This document shows positions 48,376 to 58,109 of a stretch of DNA of 64,000 bases, piece after piece. Origin of the DNA: Spirochaetia bacterium (lineage in GTDB: Bacteria > Spirochaetota > Spirochaetia > CADAEX01). Below the pieces are notes generated by a model. It did not search any database, was not told where the DNA came from, and saw only the letters and a list, made by a program, of their open reading frames with translations. Positions within the stretch are counted from its first letter, which is position 1; each line of letters opens with the position of its first letter. The DNA lies in assembly GCA_963662795.1 (NCBI GenBank), contig OY759746.1:512001-576000 (forward strand). The letters are read 5' to 3'. The translations under genes and the position numbers were made by a program.

Positions 48376-50199
48376 ATGATCAAGGAAAAATCGGCAGATG
48401 CTGAAAAATCATTTAACCTTAGGGCAAAAACAGGCAGAGCCAGAAACTATCTGAGAAAACCTCATGTCATAATGTCAATTCTGCTGCTGCTTATACTGAC
48501 CCTGCTGGTAATAATTCCTGTCGTGAAAATGTTTTATACGACCTTTATCTGGCAGCTGGAGGATACAAGACTTTCCCGCGCTGCAGAGCCGGGCAGTTTT
48601 ACGCTGTTCCACTGGAAAAGGGTTTTCGCATCTGTGCTTACAAATACAATGCTCTGGACTCCTCTGAAAAATACAATAATAACAGGACTCGGAGTTTCTT
48701 TTTTCGCTCTTTTAATCGGCATTTTTCTTGCATGGCTTGTAGCAAGGTCTGATATTCCATACAGAAAATTCATAGCCGCAGCTGCGGTTATTCCATACAT
48801 GGTTCCCTCCTACATCCACGCGCTAAGCTGGCTTACCCTGTTCAAGAATGAAAGGGTCGGGGGTGTATCCGGCATATTTCAGTACCTGACAGGTATAATT
48901 CCCCCCGACTGGATTTCTTATGGGATTTTTCCCATAATAATAACACTTTCGCTCCATTATTTCCCGTATTCCTTTCTTCTTGTTTCAGCTGCCCTTACAA
49001 GCATAGATTCAAGGCTTGAGGAGTCAGGGGAAATACTTGGAGCCTCAAGAGGCTATATTCTGCGCCGCATAACACTTCCGCTTGTCATGCCGGCGATTTT
49101 ATCAAGCTTTATACTGACTTTTTCAAGAACAATCGGCATTTTCGGGACACCCTATTTCCTTGGTTCACCTGTAAGGTTCTTTACCCTGCCTACCCAGATT
49201 TACTCAAGTATCAATAACCGGAACTCTGCATCCGGTTTTATCCTTGCGTTTGTCCTTATTGCAATTTCTTCAATAATAATCTTTATCAATCAGAAGATAG
49301 TCGGTGAACGGAAAAGTTTTGTCACAATCGGCGGAAAAGGATTTATCGTAACGAGGACAAAACTGGGAAGAAATAAATATTATATTCTTCCGCTTGTATT
49401 TTTTATTATACTGGTTTCTGTAGTTCTTCCGCTGCTGCTTCTGACAGTAGAGACCTTTTCACTTTATCCGGGCAATTATTCATTCAAAAATCTCACCTTT
49501 CTTTTCTGGTTCGGAAAAGGGGGAACGGCCTTTGCGGAGGGAGAAGCCGGAATACTCAGAAACCCGGCAATTCTTCAGACAGCATGGAACAGCATTAAGC
49601 TTGCGGTTATTTCTTCGTTATGTGCCGGCTTTTTGGGAATCTTTATCGGATATGCGGTTGTGAAGGGACGGAAAGAAAAGATGCCGAAACTGCTTGAGCA
49701 GGTCTCTTTTCTCCCGTATCTTGTTCCAAGTATCGCTTTCGGAGCGCTTTACCTGGCTTTGTTTACTCAAAGAATAGGCCCTTTACCCGCGCTATACGGC
49801 ACATTTACCCTTCTTGTAATGATCAATGTCGCAAAACAGCTGCCTTTCTCATCAAGGGCCGGAGTAACAGCGATGCTCCAGATCGGCGAAGAACTTGAAG
49901 AAGCTTCGGAAATAGCGGGAGCCAGATGGGGGAAAAGATTCACTAAAATAATTCTGCCCTTAAGCATCAGAAGCGCTGTATCAGGATTCATCCTTGTTTT
50001 CATCACGGTAATGAGGGAACTTGCCCTGGTAATTCTTCTTGTTACACCGAAAACGAGGACACTTACAACCATGACGTTCAGATATCAGGAGCAGGGTTAT
50101 TCACAGTTTTCTACTGCAATAAGCCTTCTTGTAGTGATAATAATTTTTACGGGTTCATATATTGCAAAAAGAATTACCAAAACCAATGAAAATAATTGA
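48376..50199 (+). CDS. ABC transporter permease (fused double TMD, FbpB/AfuB-like)
   Basis: Two EAA loops ('LEESGEILGA', 'LEEASEIAGA'). Confidence 0.92.
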   Translation: MIKEKSADAEKSFNLRAKTGRARNYLRKPHVIMSILLLLILTLLVIIPVVKMFYTTFIWQLEDTRLSRAAEPGSFTLFHWKRVFASVLTNTMLWTPLKNTIITGLGVSFFALLIGIFLAWLVARSDIPYRKFIAAAAVIPYMVPSYIHALSWLTLFKNERVGGVSGIFQYLTGIIPPDWISYGIFPIIITLSLHYFPYSFLLVSAALTSIDSRLEESGEILGASRGYILRRITLPLVMPAILSSFILTFSRTIGIFGTPYFLGSPVRFFTLPTQIYSSINNRNSASGFILAFVLIAISSIIIFINQKIVGERKSFVTIGGKGFIVTRTKLGRNKYYILPLVFFIILVSVVLPLLLLTVETFSLYPGNYSFKNLTFLFWFGKGGTAFAEGEAGILRNPAILQTAWNSIKLAVISSLCAGFLGIFIGYAVVKGRKEKMPKLLEQVSFLPYLVPSIAFGALYLALFTQRIGPLPALYGTFTLLVMINVAKQLPFSSRAGVTAMLQIGEELEEASEIAGARWGKRFTKIILPLSIRSAVSGFILVFITVMRELALVILLVTPKTRTLTTMTFRYQEQGYSQFSTAISLLVVIIIFTGSYIAKRITKTNENN

Positions 50200-50211
50200 C
50201 GGGGGAGAGGA

Positions 50212-51312
50212 ATGAGTTTTGTTGAAATAAGAAACCTTACCAAGGTTTTCGGCGATGTTACAGCAGTTGATAATGTTTCATTTTCTGTTGATGAAAAATC
50301 TTTTCTGATGCTGCTCGGCCCGTCAGGATGCGGGAAGACCACAATCCTAAGGATGATTGCGGGACTTGAGACGCCGACAGCCGGGGAAATAAGGATCCGC
50401 GGCAAAATCATGTTTTCAAGCGAAAAAGGGATATCAGTCCCCGCAAGGGAAAGAGAACTGGGGCTGGTGTTTCAAAGTTATGCGCTATGGCCCCATATGA
50501 CGGTATTTGAGAATATAGCTTTCGGCCTGCGGGTAAAAAAAATGAAAGAAAACGATATCAGGAACAAGGTCATGGAATCACTTGCCTACATGCATCTTAA
50601 TGAGATGGCAGAGCGTTATCCGCAGGAAATGAGCGGAGGACAGCAGCAGAGGGTTGCCCTCGCGAGGATGCTTGCGAGTGAACCGGCACTTTTTCTGATG
50701 GATGAGCCGCTTTCCAACCTCGACGCTAAACTGAGGGTGGAGATGAGGGCGGAAATAAAGAACATCCACGCCCATCTTTCAGCAACAACGATTTACGTAA
50801 CACATGACCAGGTTGAGGGACTTACAATGGCAAGCAGCATCGCGGTTCTGAATAACGGGAGAATCGAACAGCTTGACCATCCCAAAAAGGTTTATCACTA
50901 TCCCGAAACACTGTTTGTAGCGGATTTTATCGGAAGCCCGCAAATTAATATATTAAACTGCACTGCTGAGACTGCTTCAGGCATGACGTCGATTAAGACT
51001 GAAACCGGGGATATATTTAAAACAGCATACAACGCAATCAGTTCTGACCGGAAAAACCTGAATGCGGCTATAAGGCCTGAGAAAATATCAATTGTTGCAG
51101 CCGCAGGGATTAACACGGCCAAAGTAAAAATTAAAACCGTACTTCCGGCAGGCTCCGAGACAGTAATTCACGTGGAATACGGCAAAGATATTCTCAGGAT
51201 TCTGATGCAGAAAGAGCAGGACCTTAACGCCGGAGAAGAAGTTTTTATCCATTTTCCTGAAAAAGATATCCTCCTCTTTGACCCTGGGACAAAAAAGCTT
51301 CTGCACAATTAA
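50212..51312 (+). CDS. ABC transporter ATP-binding protein
   Basis: GPSGCGKT, 'MSGGQQQRVALAR', 'DEPLSNLD'; TOBE-like C-terminus. Confidence 0.95.
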   Translation: MSFVEIRNLTKVFGDVTAVDNVSFSVDEKSFLMLLGPSGCGKTTILRMIAGLETPTAGEIRIRGKIMFSSEKGISVPARERELGLVFQSYALWPHMTVFENIAFGLRVKKMKENDIRNKVMESLAYMHLNEMAERYPQEMSGGQQQRVALARMLASEPALFLMDEPLSNLDAKLRVEMRAEIKNIHAHLSATTIYVTHDQVEGLTMASSIAVLNNGRIEQLDHPKKVYHYPETLFVADFIGSPQINILNCTAETASGMTSIKTETGDIFKTAYNAISSDRKNLNAAIRPEKISIVAAAGINTAKVKIKTVLPAGSETVIHVEYGKDILRILMQKEQDLNAGEEVFIHFPEKDILLFDPGTKKLLHN

Positions 51313-51412
51313 AGTAAATGAGTCTGAAAGTAGTTAGTTTTCCCGTACACTTAAAATTCAGCCGGTATTTTAAGCTTGACAGGTCATGCAGGCATTTGTA
51401 CTCTTTTAAAAT

Positions 51413-52081
51413 ATGAACCTGAACATAGTCAGACTGGGCAGGATGGATTATCTTGAAGCGTTAAGGATTCAGGAGTTACTTCTTGAAAAGAGGCAGAAGA
51501 ACACCATAGAAAATACGCTTCTGGTAGTAGAGCATTTTCCTGTACTTACAATAGGGATCAGCGGTAAAACCTCCAATATAATTGCCTCAAAGGATTTCCT
51601 TGAAAAAGAGGGGATAAAAGTATACGAGACAACCCGGGGAGGGGATGTAACCTACCACGGTCCGGGTCAGATTGTGGGGTATCCTGTCATAGATCTGAAA
51701 AATATACAGAAAGGTGTAAAGGATTTCATTATCCTGCTGCAGGAAGTATTCATAAGACTGTTAAAAAATGAGTATGATATAGACGCGGAAAGGGAAGAAG
51801 GAAAATACACCGGAGTCTGGACAGGGGAAAACAAAATTACTGCTATCGGAATTGCAGTTAAAAAATGGGTAACAATGCACGGCTTTGCGTTTAACATAAA
51901 TACGAACCTCGACCACTTCAGATGGATCAATCCATGCGGGATAACAGACAAAGGGGTAACTTCACTTGAAAAACTCACAGGGGAAAAACAGGACTTTGAT
52001 ATGCTTAATGATTTAACTGTAAGGTATTTCTGTGATGTTTTCGGATTTAACGGGATTCCCGCTAATCTGGAGGAACTATAA
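51413..52081 (+). CDS. lipB: Octanoyltransferase
   Basis: 'EH.PVLTIG', '[12 protein letters not shown]', 'KITAIG', 'HGFAFN', 'PCG'. Confidence 0.95.
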   Translation: MNLNIVRLGRMDYLEALRIQELLLEKRQKNTIENTLLVVEHFPVLTIGISGKTSNIIASKDFLEKEGIKVYETTRGGDVTYHGPGQIVGYPVIDLKNIQKGVKDFIILLQEVFIRLLKNEYDIDAEREEGKYTGVWTGENKITAIGIAVKKWVTMHGFAFNINTNLDHFRWINPCGITDKGVTSLEKLTGEKQDFDMLNDLTVRYFCDVFGFNGIPANLEEL

Positions 52082-52977
52082 TGCACACCCGGAAACCTGA
52101 ATGGCTGAGGATAAAGGTAAGGAACAATGCTAACCTGACTGATGTTACAAACACGCTTAAAAGGCTTTCGCTTCACACAGTTTGCGATGAAGCCAACTGC
52201 CCGAATAAGATGGAGTGCTTCAGCAAGAAAACCGCGACATTCATGATTCTCGGAAGCAGATGCACCAGGAACTGCACCTTCTGCAATGTCGAACACAACA
52301 CCCCCTCTCCGGTTGAACCGCTTGAACCCCATCATGTAGCGGAAGCTGTCAGTGAAATGGGCCTCAGGCATGTCGTAATAACATCGGTCACAAGGGATGA
52401 CCTTGATGACGGAGGAGCGCACCATTTTGCCGAAACTATTAAGGCAATAAGGGCGCTTAATAACATAACAACGATTGAAGTGCTTATCCCGGATTTCAAG
52501 GGAGTGCAGGACCTGCTCGAGGTAGTTATCAGGGCAAATCCCGATATCATCAATCATAATGTAGAAACCGTCCCCAGGCTCTACGCTGAAGTAAGGCCTC
52601 AGGCAATCTACAACCGCTCACTTGAGCTTTTAAAAAGAATAAAATCTTCCGTACCGGGGAGTAAGGGCAACCGGATCTTTTCAAAATCCGGTCTCATGCT
52701 GGGCCTCGGTGAAACAGAATCTGAGGTACTGAAGCTGCTTGAAGACCTTAAGGATGCTGAATGTGACATAATCACAATCGGGCAGTACCTTGCCCCCTCT
52801 GTAAGGCATCACCCTGTAATTGAGTACATCCATCCGGAAAAATTCGATTTTTACCGCATAAAAGCGCTTGAAATGGGATTTCTCAATGTCGCGTCCGCGC
52901 CGCTTGTGAGAAGCTCATATCTGGCTGAAAGTGTCTATACTGAATGCCTGAAAAAAAATCAGGGCGCATTGACATGA
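52081..52977 (+). CDS. lipA: Lipoyl synthase
   Basis: '[14 protein letters not shown]', radical SAM 'CTRNCTFC', 'RSSY'. Confidence 0.97.
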   Translation: MHTRKPEWLRIKVRNNANLTDVTNTLKRLSLHTVCDEANCPNKMECFSKKTATFMILGSRCTRNCTFCNVEHNTPSPVEPLEPHHVAEAVSEMGLRHVVITSVTRDDLDDGGAHHFAETIKAIRALNNITTIEVLIPDFKGVQDLLEVVIRANPDIINHNVETVPRLYAEVRPQAIYNRSLELLKRIKSSVPGSKGNRIFSKSGLMLGLGETESEVLKLLEDLKDAECDIITIGQYLAPSVRHHPVIEYIHPEKFDFYRIKALEMGFLNVASAPLVRSSYLAESVYTECLKKNQGALT

Positions 52978-53096
52978 TCTCATCATAAGTTATATGGCGG
53001 TTATTGATTTTAATTTCTTGACTATAACAGTGAAAAAATAATATCTTCTTCTCATCAAAAAAAAAGTTTTTTTGCTAAATTCCAGGTTACGGAGAA

Positions 53097-53789
53097 ATGA
53101 TGAATAATTACAAAATTGACACACATGTACACACAGCAGAGGTAAGCTCATGCGGAAAAGTTCCCGCTGCTGAGGTTGCAAGATTATATAAAGAACAGAA
53201 TTATGATGCCATAATCATAACCGACCATTACTACAGCGGGTTTTTCGACTCTCTTTTTTCAGTCAGGTGGGATGACAAGGTTGATGCCTACCTTCAGGGA
53301 TACAGGATCGCAAAGGCTGAGGGGCAAAAAATCGGCTTAAAAGTCCTTCTCGGGATTGAAATGAGATTTGACATACATCCGAACGATTACCTGATATACG
53401 GGTTAGATGAGGAATTTTTATACAGGAATCCTGAAATGTTCAGAATGACACTGCCTGAATTTACAGCTTTCAAGGCAGGCAAAGGGCTTGCGGTTTTTCA
53501 GGCCCACCCTTTCAGGGCAAGGATGGAAATTGAAAAAAACGAGTATCTTGACGGTATAGAGGTGATGAACGGGAACCCGAGGCATGATTCAAACAACTGC
53601 AGGGCATATAAGCACGCGCTTTCGAACAACCTCAGAATGCTCTCAGGTTCTGATTTCCACCAGGTGCCGGATTTAGCCCGTGGCGGCCTTTTTATGGAAG
53701 AGATGCCTGCTGATTCAAAAGATTTTGCGGATTATCTGATAGAAAACAGGAAAGTCAGTTTAATAGGAGATTTTGTTCTCTGCGCATGA
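53097..53789 (+). CDS. PHP-domain phosphoesterase
   Basis: 'DTHVHT', 'ITDH', 'GIE', 'QAHPFR', 'GSDFH'. Confidence 0.9.
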   Translation: MMNNYKIDTHVHTAEVSSCGKVPAAEVARLYKEQNYDAIIITDHYYSGFFDSLFSVRWDDKVDAYLQGYRIAKAEGQKIGLKVLLGIEMRFDIHPNDYLIYGLDEEFLYRNPEMFRMTLPEFTAFKAGKGLAVFQAHPFRARMEIEKNEYLDGIEVMNGNPRHDSNNCRAYKHALSNNLRMLSGSDFHQVPDLARGGLFMEEMPADSKDFADYLIENRKVSLIGDFVLCA

Positions 53790-53971
53790 TTATTGCAAAA
53801 TTACACCGCCATCAAAAGACAATGAATTAAGCAAACTTCATTTGTTTGCTAACAGTATTATTAACTGAAACAGGTGAACTTTGAAGATAATAGAAAATTT
53901 CCGGAAAGATTCTGAATAAATACACCTAATTCCTTTGACAAGGGTCAGTGCTAAACATTAAATTTAAAACT

Positions 53972-55519
53972 GTGATAAAAAATAATTCAAAACTGAATAT
54001 CGAAGAATTTACTGATTTTATTAATATTTTTTCCTGCCCCTTAATTTCCTATGCCAATTATGCCCTGTCCAAAAAAGATAAGGAAAGTATTTTAAATACG
54101 CACTTTTTAGGGAAATCCCATTCTGTTGCATCAAGACTTGAAGAGGTACTGGATCATTATAATGCAATAAACAATATGAAATGGAAATCTTTCAGGGAAA
54201 ATGTTGCTGCCGTTAAGCTTTTTACAAATGCGACTTACATAACTTTGCACATAAAGTCCACCTCCCCCCAATATAAATTATTAAGCGGCATTGAAAAATT
54301 TCTGGAAGATACTAAAAATGTTCTGGATATTTTCTATTCCGCTCTTCAGAGCAGTTTTAATGAATTAGTAAGAAACGGCAAAAAAAATGCATTGGAAAAC
54401 TGCGCGGAATTTGAAAGTAATTTCTCTTTTTCAGTAAATTTTCCCGGGGGATTACTGGAAACAGATATTAACAAAAGACATATTGATACACCGGAAAAAG
54501 TAATAGTAAATCTGGCTACATCGTATTTAAATCTGGCCAGTGAAAGCATATTACTGAAGAAAACAGAAAAGAGAGATAACACAGAATATGAAAAACTGAT
54601 ACCTGAAGTTATCAGTGAAAATATAATAAGGACACTGGAGAGTAAATATCATAATCTTCAAAGTCTATATGATACATATATTGCAAATACAGATATCGAA
54701 GATATGGATAAAGATCTGAAGCTGATTCGGGGACATGCTTCAATTGTGTATCATCTGCTTGAAGCATCAACCGATCTCATTCATTATTTCGAAAGACACA
54801 TGATGGATCCGGCAGGACTCAATAATAACTATTATCAATCCCCTATCAGCAGGAAAGAAGTCCTCGGAATTCTTGCTGATTATTTTCTTAATTACGCCAA
54901 TCAGTTTTTAACCGCCGGCGTTACTCTTTGCCGCGAAGTGATAAAAAAATATGCGGTACAGGGATCGATATCTGTAAACGTTCCTGCATACAGGGGTTTT
55001 CATGTCAGGCCTTCCACTCTGATTTCAAAAATTGTACAGCATTACGGGAGTGAAGTTTTCCTGGTTATGGAAAATGAAAGATACAATGCGGCCCATCCGA
55101 TGGAATTATTCTGTGTAAATGAAAAAATTAATGCAGAGAAAAGAAGGGACCTGTCCAGGGTTATCTGTGAACTTAATTCCATAAAAATTCCTGAAAGCAT
55201 CAGGGATTTCAAAAAGGGGATGAAAAATATTTTTCTTGAGCTTCTGGAAGGCAATAAAATAATAAACTATTACTCTGAATTCTCCCTGCCTGATTTCAAC
55301 CCTGTAGAGGAAGAGACTCTTGGGGAATTTGCCAATAGAGTTATTGCCTTTCTTCTGGCACAGGGGAAAATAGATCTGAAAACAAATTTGACAGTTTCCT
55401 TTGAGGGAGACAAAAGAGTGCTTGCAGACCTGGAGATACTTGCCAATTGCGGGTATGGGGAGGATAATTACGGCAATAATATCGTACTTCCAAATGAGCT
55501 TTCATATATCAGAAGATGA
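53972..55519 (+). CDS. Large helical protein with an interrupted HPr-like domain
   Basis: 'RGFHVRPSTLISKIVQHYGSEV' resembles the HPr His15 signature; GTG 53972 preferred from promoter geometry (ORF track start 53948). Confidence 0.75.
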   Translation: MIKNNSKLNIEEFTDFINIFSCPLISYANYALSKKDKESILNTHFLGKSHSVASRLEEVLDHYNAINNMKWKSFRENVAAVKLFTNATYITLHIKSTSPQYKLLSGIEKFLEDTKNVLDIFYSALQSSFNELVRNGKKNALENCAEFESNFSFSVNFPGGLLETDINKRHIDTPEKVIVNLATSYLNLASESILLKKTEKRDNTEYEKLIPEVISENIIRTLESKYHNLQSLYDTYIANTDIEDMDKDLKLIRGHASIVYHLLEASTDLIHYFERHMMDPAGLNNNYYQSPISRKEVLGILADYFLNYANQFLTAGVTLCREVIKKYAVQGSISVNVPAYRGFHVRPSTLISKIVQHYGSEVFLVMENERYNAAHPMELFCVNEKINAEKRRDLSRVICELNSIKIPESIRDFKKGMKNIFLELLEGNKIINYYSEFSLPDFNPVEEETLGEFANRVIAFLLAQGKIDLKTNLTVSFEGDKRVLADLEILANCGYGEDNYGNNIVLPNELSYIRR

Positions 55520-55550
55520 TCTAAAAGCTCTCCGGCAATATTCAAGGCAG

Positions 55551-55823
55551 CTAATCAATTGAATTGCCGGTATCCTGACCTGAGTCGTTTTCAGGTACTG
55601 ATTCACCATCCATGTATGCGCTGCCGTAAAGGTGATATGCGCAATCAGGGCCCACAAGCCGTCTTGTCGTTCCGCTGTTTTTTACCTTTGCCCTGCCCTT
55701 TACAATAAGCGTTCTGTAGAAATATTTCTTCTTTATATATTCTGAATCAGCAAAGGCAGGATCTGTTTTATCAGAAGGTATCCTGCCCTGATCACCATAA
55801 TCATCAATTTCTTTTTTTGCCAT
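55551..55823 (-). CDS. Small hypothetical protein
   Basis: 90-aa ORF with AAGGG RBS filling the gap downstream of cobO. Confidence 0.55.
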   Translation of the reverse strand: MAKKEIDDYGDQGRIPSDKTDPAFADSEYIKKKYFYRTLIVKGRAKVKNSGTTRRLVGPDCAYHLYGSAYMDGESVPENDSGQDTGNSID

Positions 55824-55883
55824 TTTTTCCCTTTTAATTTAAAATACCAACAGGGAAACAGACCGGCAAGGAGTTCCTGTTTT

Positions 55884-56447
55884 TCAGAAATCAATCCCTT
55901 CTCTGGCCCCGATTCCTTTATTGTAGCAGTGCTTTACCATTTTCATCTCTGTGACTACATCAGAGGCTTCAATAATCTTCTCTGCAGCCCCTCTGCCTGT
56001 AAAAACAATCTCTGAAGAACCTTTTCCGAACCTTTCAATTATATCCAGAAGAATCTCTTCCTTAATTAAATCGAGGCGGAGCAGGTTTAAAATCTCATCG
56101 AAAACCACTATGTCATACAGGGCCCCGGACAGGGCTTTTATCCCTTTATCAAGTCCCTGCCGTGCATCCCTGATAAAAAGAGTGGGATCTGAGCTGTACT
56201 TGATATCTCCCCCGGCCTTTAAGCGCAGGTCTTCCCTCAGAGGCTCCGGTATGTAAAATTCTTCCCTTCCAAACTGCATGAAATCGATCAGTCCATGGAA
56301 ACGCGGAGAGGACAGGATTTCTCCCGATTGTTTTAATTTCATAAACTGAAGAAAGAGAGTTTTCTTCCCGTATCCTGCGGCCCTGAAAGCAAGGCCAAGC
56401 GCTGCGGTAGTCTTTCCCTTTCCATCTCCGGTGTAAACATGCACCAT
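55884..56447 (-). CDS. cobO: Cob(I)yrinic acid a,c-diamide adenosyltransferase
   Basis: 'VYTGDGKGKTTAALG', 'QFMK', 'FDEI', 'TGR', 'KH.Y.KG..AREGIDF'. Confidence 0.92.
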   Translation of the reverse strand: MVHVYTGDGKGKTTAALGLAFRAAGYGKKTLFLQFMKLKQSGEILSSPRFHGLIDFMQFGREEFYIPEPLREDLRLKAGGDIKYSSDPTLFIRDARQGLDKGIKALSGALYDIVVFDEILNLLRLDLIKEEILLDIIERFGKGSSEIVFTGRGAAEKIIEASDVVTEMKMVKHCYNKGIGAREGIDF

Positions 56448-56450
56448 ACT

Positions 56451-57407
56451 TTATAAAGCCCTGATTGCCATAACAGGGCAGCTTTCAACGCAATAGCCGC
56501 ACATCACACACTTTTCCGCCATGATAAATGCTTTTTCTTCCCTGAATTCAACCGCATCCGATGCACAGGTTTCAATGCACTTTCCGCATCCGATGCACAC
56601 CTTCTTTACAACATGAAACCTTTTATCAAAATCCCTGAATGTCGGATCGGGAATTGCTTCAGGCTTGTCTGAACTAAAATAGGCAAGGTTATAATCAACC
56701 TCTTTCTCACTTATCATTCCAAGCGCAATCGGGTAATTGCCGAGAGACCGGGCATACTGCATAGCTGTCCCGTATTTTTCTGCATGATTGCCGCCCGCGA
56801 GCACTTTCATAAGATATATCCCCTTCCCGGCCGCGCTGCATTTCGCAATTGCCTGAGTCATTTCATCAAGAGTGCCTATAATTCCTCTTCCTGTATAATT
56901 AATAAGAGGAAAAACTATATCTATCTCTTTTACATCAGCAGAAACAGAAATAAGTTCGGGTGAATGGCCGCTTACCCCTTTAGCCCTGATTTTTCCTTTT
57001 TCCTGCAGATCGCAGAGCGCTTTCAGAGCGCCTGAGCGTTTTTGATATAACGTCCTGTCTCCCCGGGCAGCATGAAGATGAAATATATCGATATAATCCC
57101 TTCCAAGCGCCTCAAGCGCCTCATACACCGCATCCTCCATCCTGCCGTATTCCTCTGCATTGCATTTAGATGCAATAACGGGGGCAGGCAGGTCACTCCC
57201 GATCCTGTCGAGCGCTATTTTTATCGGCCTGTATGTTGAGTAAACCTGTGCCGTATCAATAAAATTAACTCCTCCCCTGAACGCCCTTTCCACAACTGAT
57301 GCGGCATCTTCATCTTCCATATTTTTCTGAAGCGGCCCCATTGGAAGGGCCCCGAAACATAGTTCTGTTACCTCAATTCCGCTTTTTCCCAGCATAATTT
57401 TTTTCAT
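56451..57407 (-). CDS. Aldo/keto reductase with a C-terminal 2x[4Fe-4S] ferredoxin domain
   Basis: 'FIDTAQVY', 'IASK', 'IDIFHLH', then 'CIGCGKCIETC' and 'CVMCGYCVESCP'. Confidence 0.9.
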   Translation of the reverse strand: MKKIMLGKSGIEVTELCFGALPMGPLQKNMEDEDAASVVERAFRGGVNFIDTAQVYSTYRPIKIALDRIGSDLPAPVIASKCNAEEYGRMEDAVYEALEALGRDYIDIFHLHAARGDRTLYQKRSGALKALCDLQEKGKIRAKGVSGHSPELISVSADVKEIDIVFPLINYTGRGIIGTLDEMTQAIAKCSAAGKGIYLMKVLAGGNHAEKYGTAMQYARSLGNYPIALGMISEKEVDYNLAYFSSDKPEAIPDPTFRDFDKRFHVVKKVCIGCGKCIETCASDAVEFREEKAFIMAEKCVMCGYCVESCPVMAIRAL

Positions 57408-57524
57408 GATGGTGTAAAATCCCCCTGTAATTTAAGAAGTGCTATTATAACATAAAAAAAGAGTTCAAGACCTTTTTTTTATACCGATAATTAATATACA
57501 GACTATTCAGGAAGGAGTTTCACA

Positions 57525-57653
57525 ATGGAAAGAGATGTAATTGAACTGTTCCAGAAAGGGATGGAAATGATGCAGGTTGGCGAATATCAGATTGCAGAAC
57601 AGCTTTTCAGGAAAGCGCGCGATCTTACTATGGATACACAGCGCAGGATTTAA
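57525..57653 (+). CDS. Small protein (42 aa), single TPR-like helix pair; not in the ORF track
   Basis: AAGGAG RBS 7 nt before ATG; MERDVIELFQKGMEMMQVGEYQIAEQLFRKARDLTMDTQRRI*. Confidence 0.65.
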   Translation: MERDVIELFQKGMEMMQVGEYQIAEQLFRKARDLTMDTQRRI

Positions 57654-57817
57654 GACCGGGGCATAAAATGGATAACAGCACCCAGGTGCTTTACAAATAG
57701 ATATCAGGGGCATCCGGATCCCGGATGATCCCCTTTAGTAATCCATACCCGGCGGCCCGGCTTTAAAAAACAGTACCGGAAGTTAACCGTTAAATCAGGA
57801 AAAGGAGAAAAATATAA

Positions 57818-58018
57818 ATGTCGGAAGCAGTAAATCTGTTCAGAATAAATCAGAATAAAAAACTCTCATCATTGGATGCCGAGCTTTCCGTATGGCAGGA
57901 CATTGAATTTACACCTTCGTTTCTGCCGGAACACAAATCCCTGCAGGAAAGTCTTTTAAACCGCGAACCATTCCCATCAATGCCGCAAACTCTCAAGCAT
58001 CTCAGTATTGTCTATTAG
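57818..58018 (+). CDS. Small hypothetical protein (66 aa)
   Basis: AAGGAG RBS; fills the gap before ychF. Confidence 0.55.
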   Translation: MSEAVNLFRINQNKKLSSLDAELSVWQDIEFTPSFLPEHKSLQESLLNREPFPSMPQTLKHLSIVY

Positions 58019-58109
58019 AAGACTCATACTGATATACCTGTACTGAATCACAATTACCGGAATAATCTTTATTGTCTCTATTAAAAGTTTCAGCTATACT
58101 CAGTTTAAT

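Noticed and set aside
51667-52557. 296-aa minus-strand ORF across lipB/lipA
   Set aside because: Fully antisense to two well-supported genes and has no recognisable domain
47115-52977. ABC transporter as a lipoate/octanoate importer co-transcribed with lipBA
   Set aside because: lipB has its own TTGACA-17-TACTCT promoter, so adjacency alone is insufficient
53790-53935. c-di-GMP riboswitch-like AGCAAAC hairpin
   Set aside because: It is a simple hairpin lacking the GNRA loop/receptor and second stem of c-di-GMP-I
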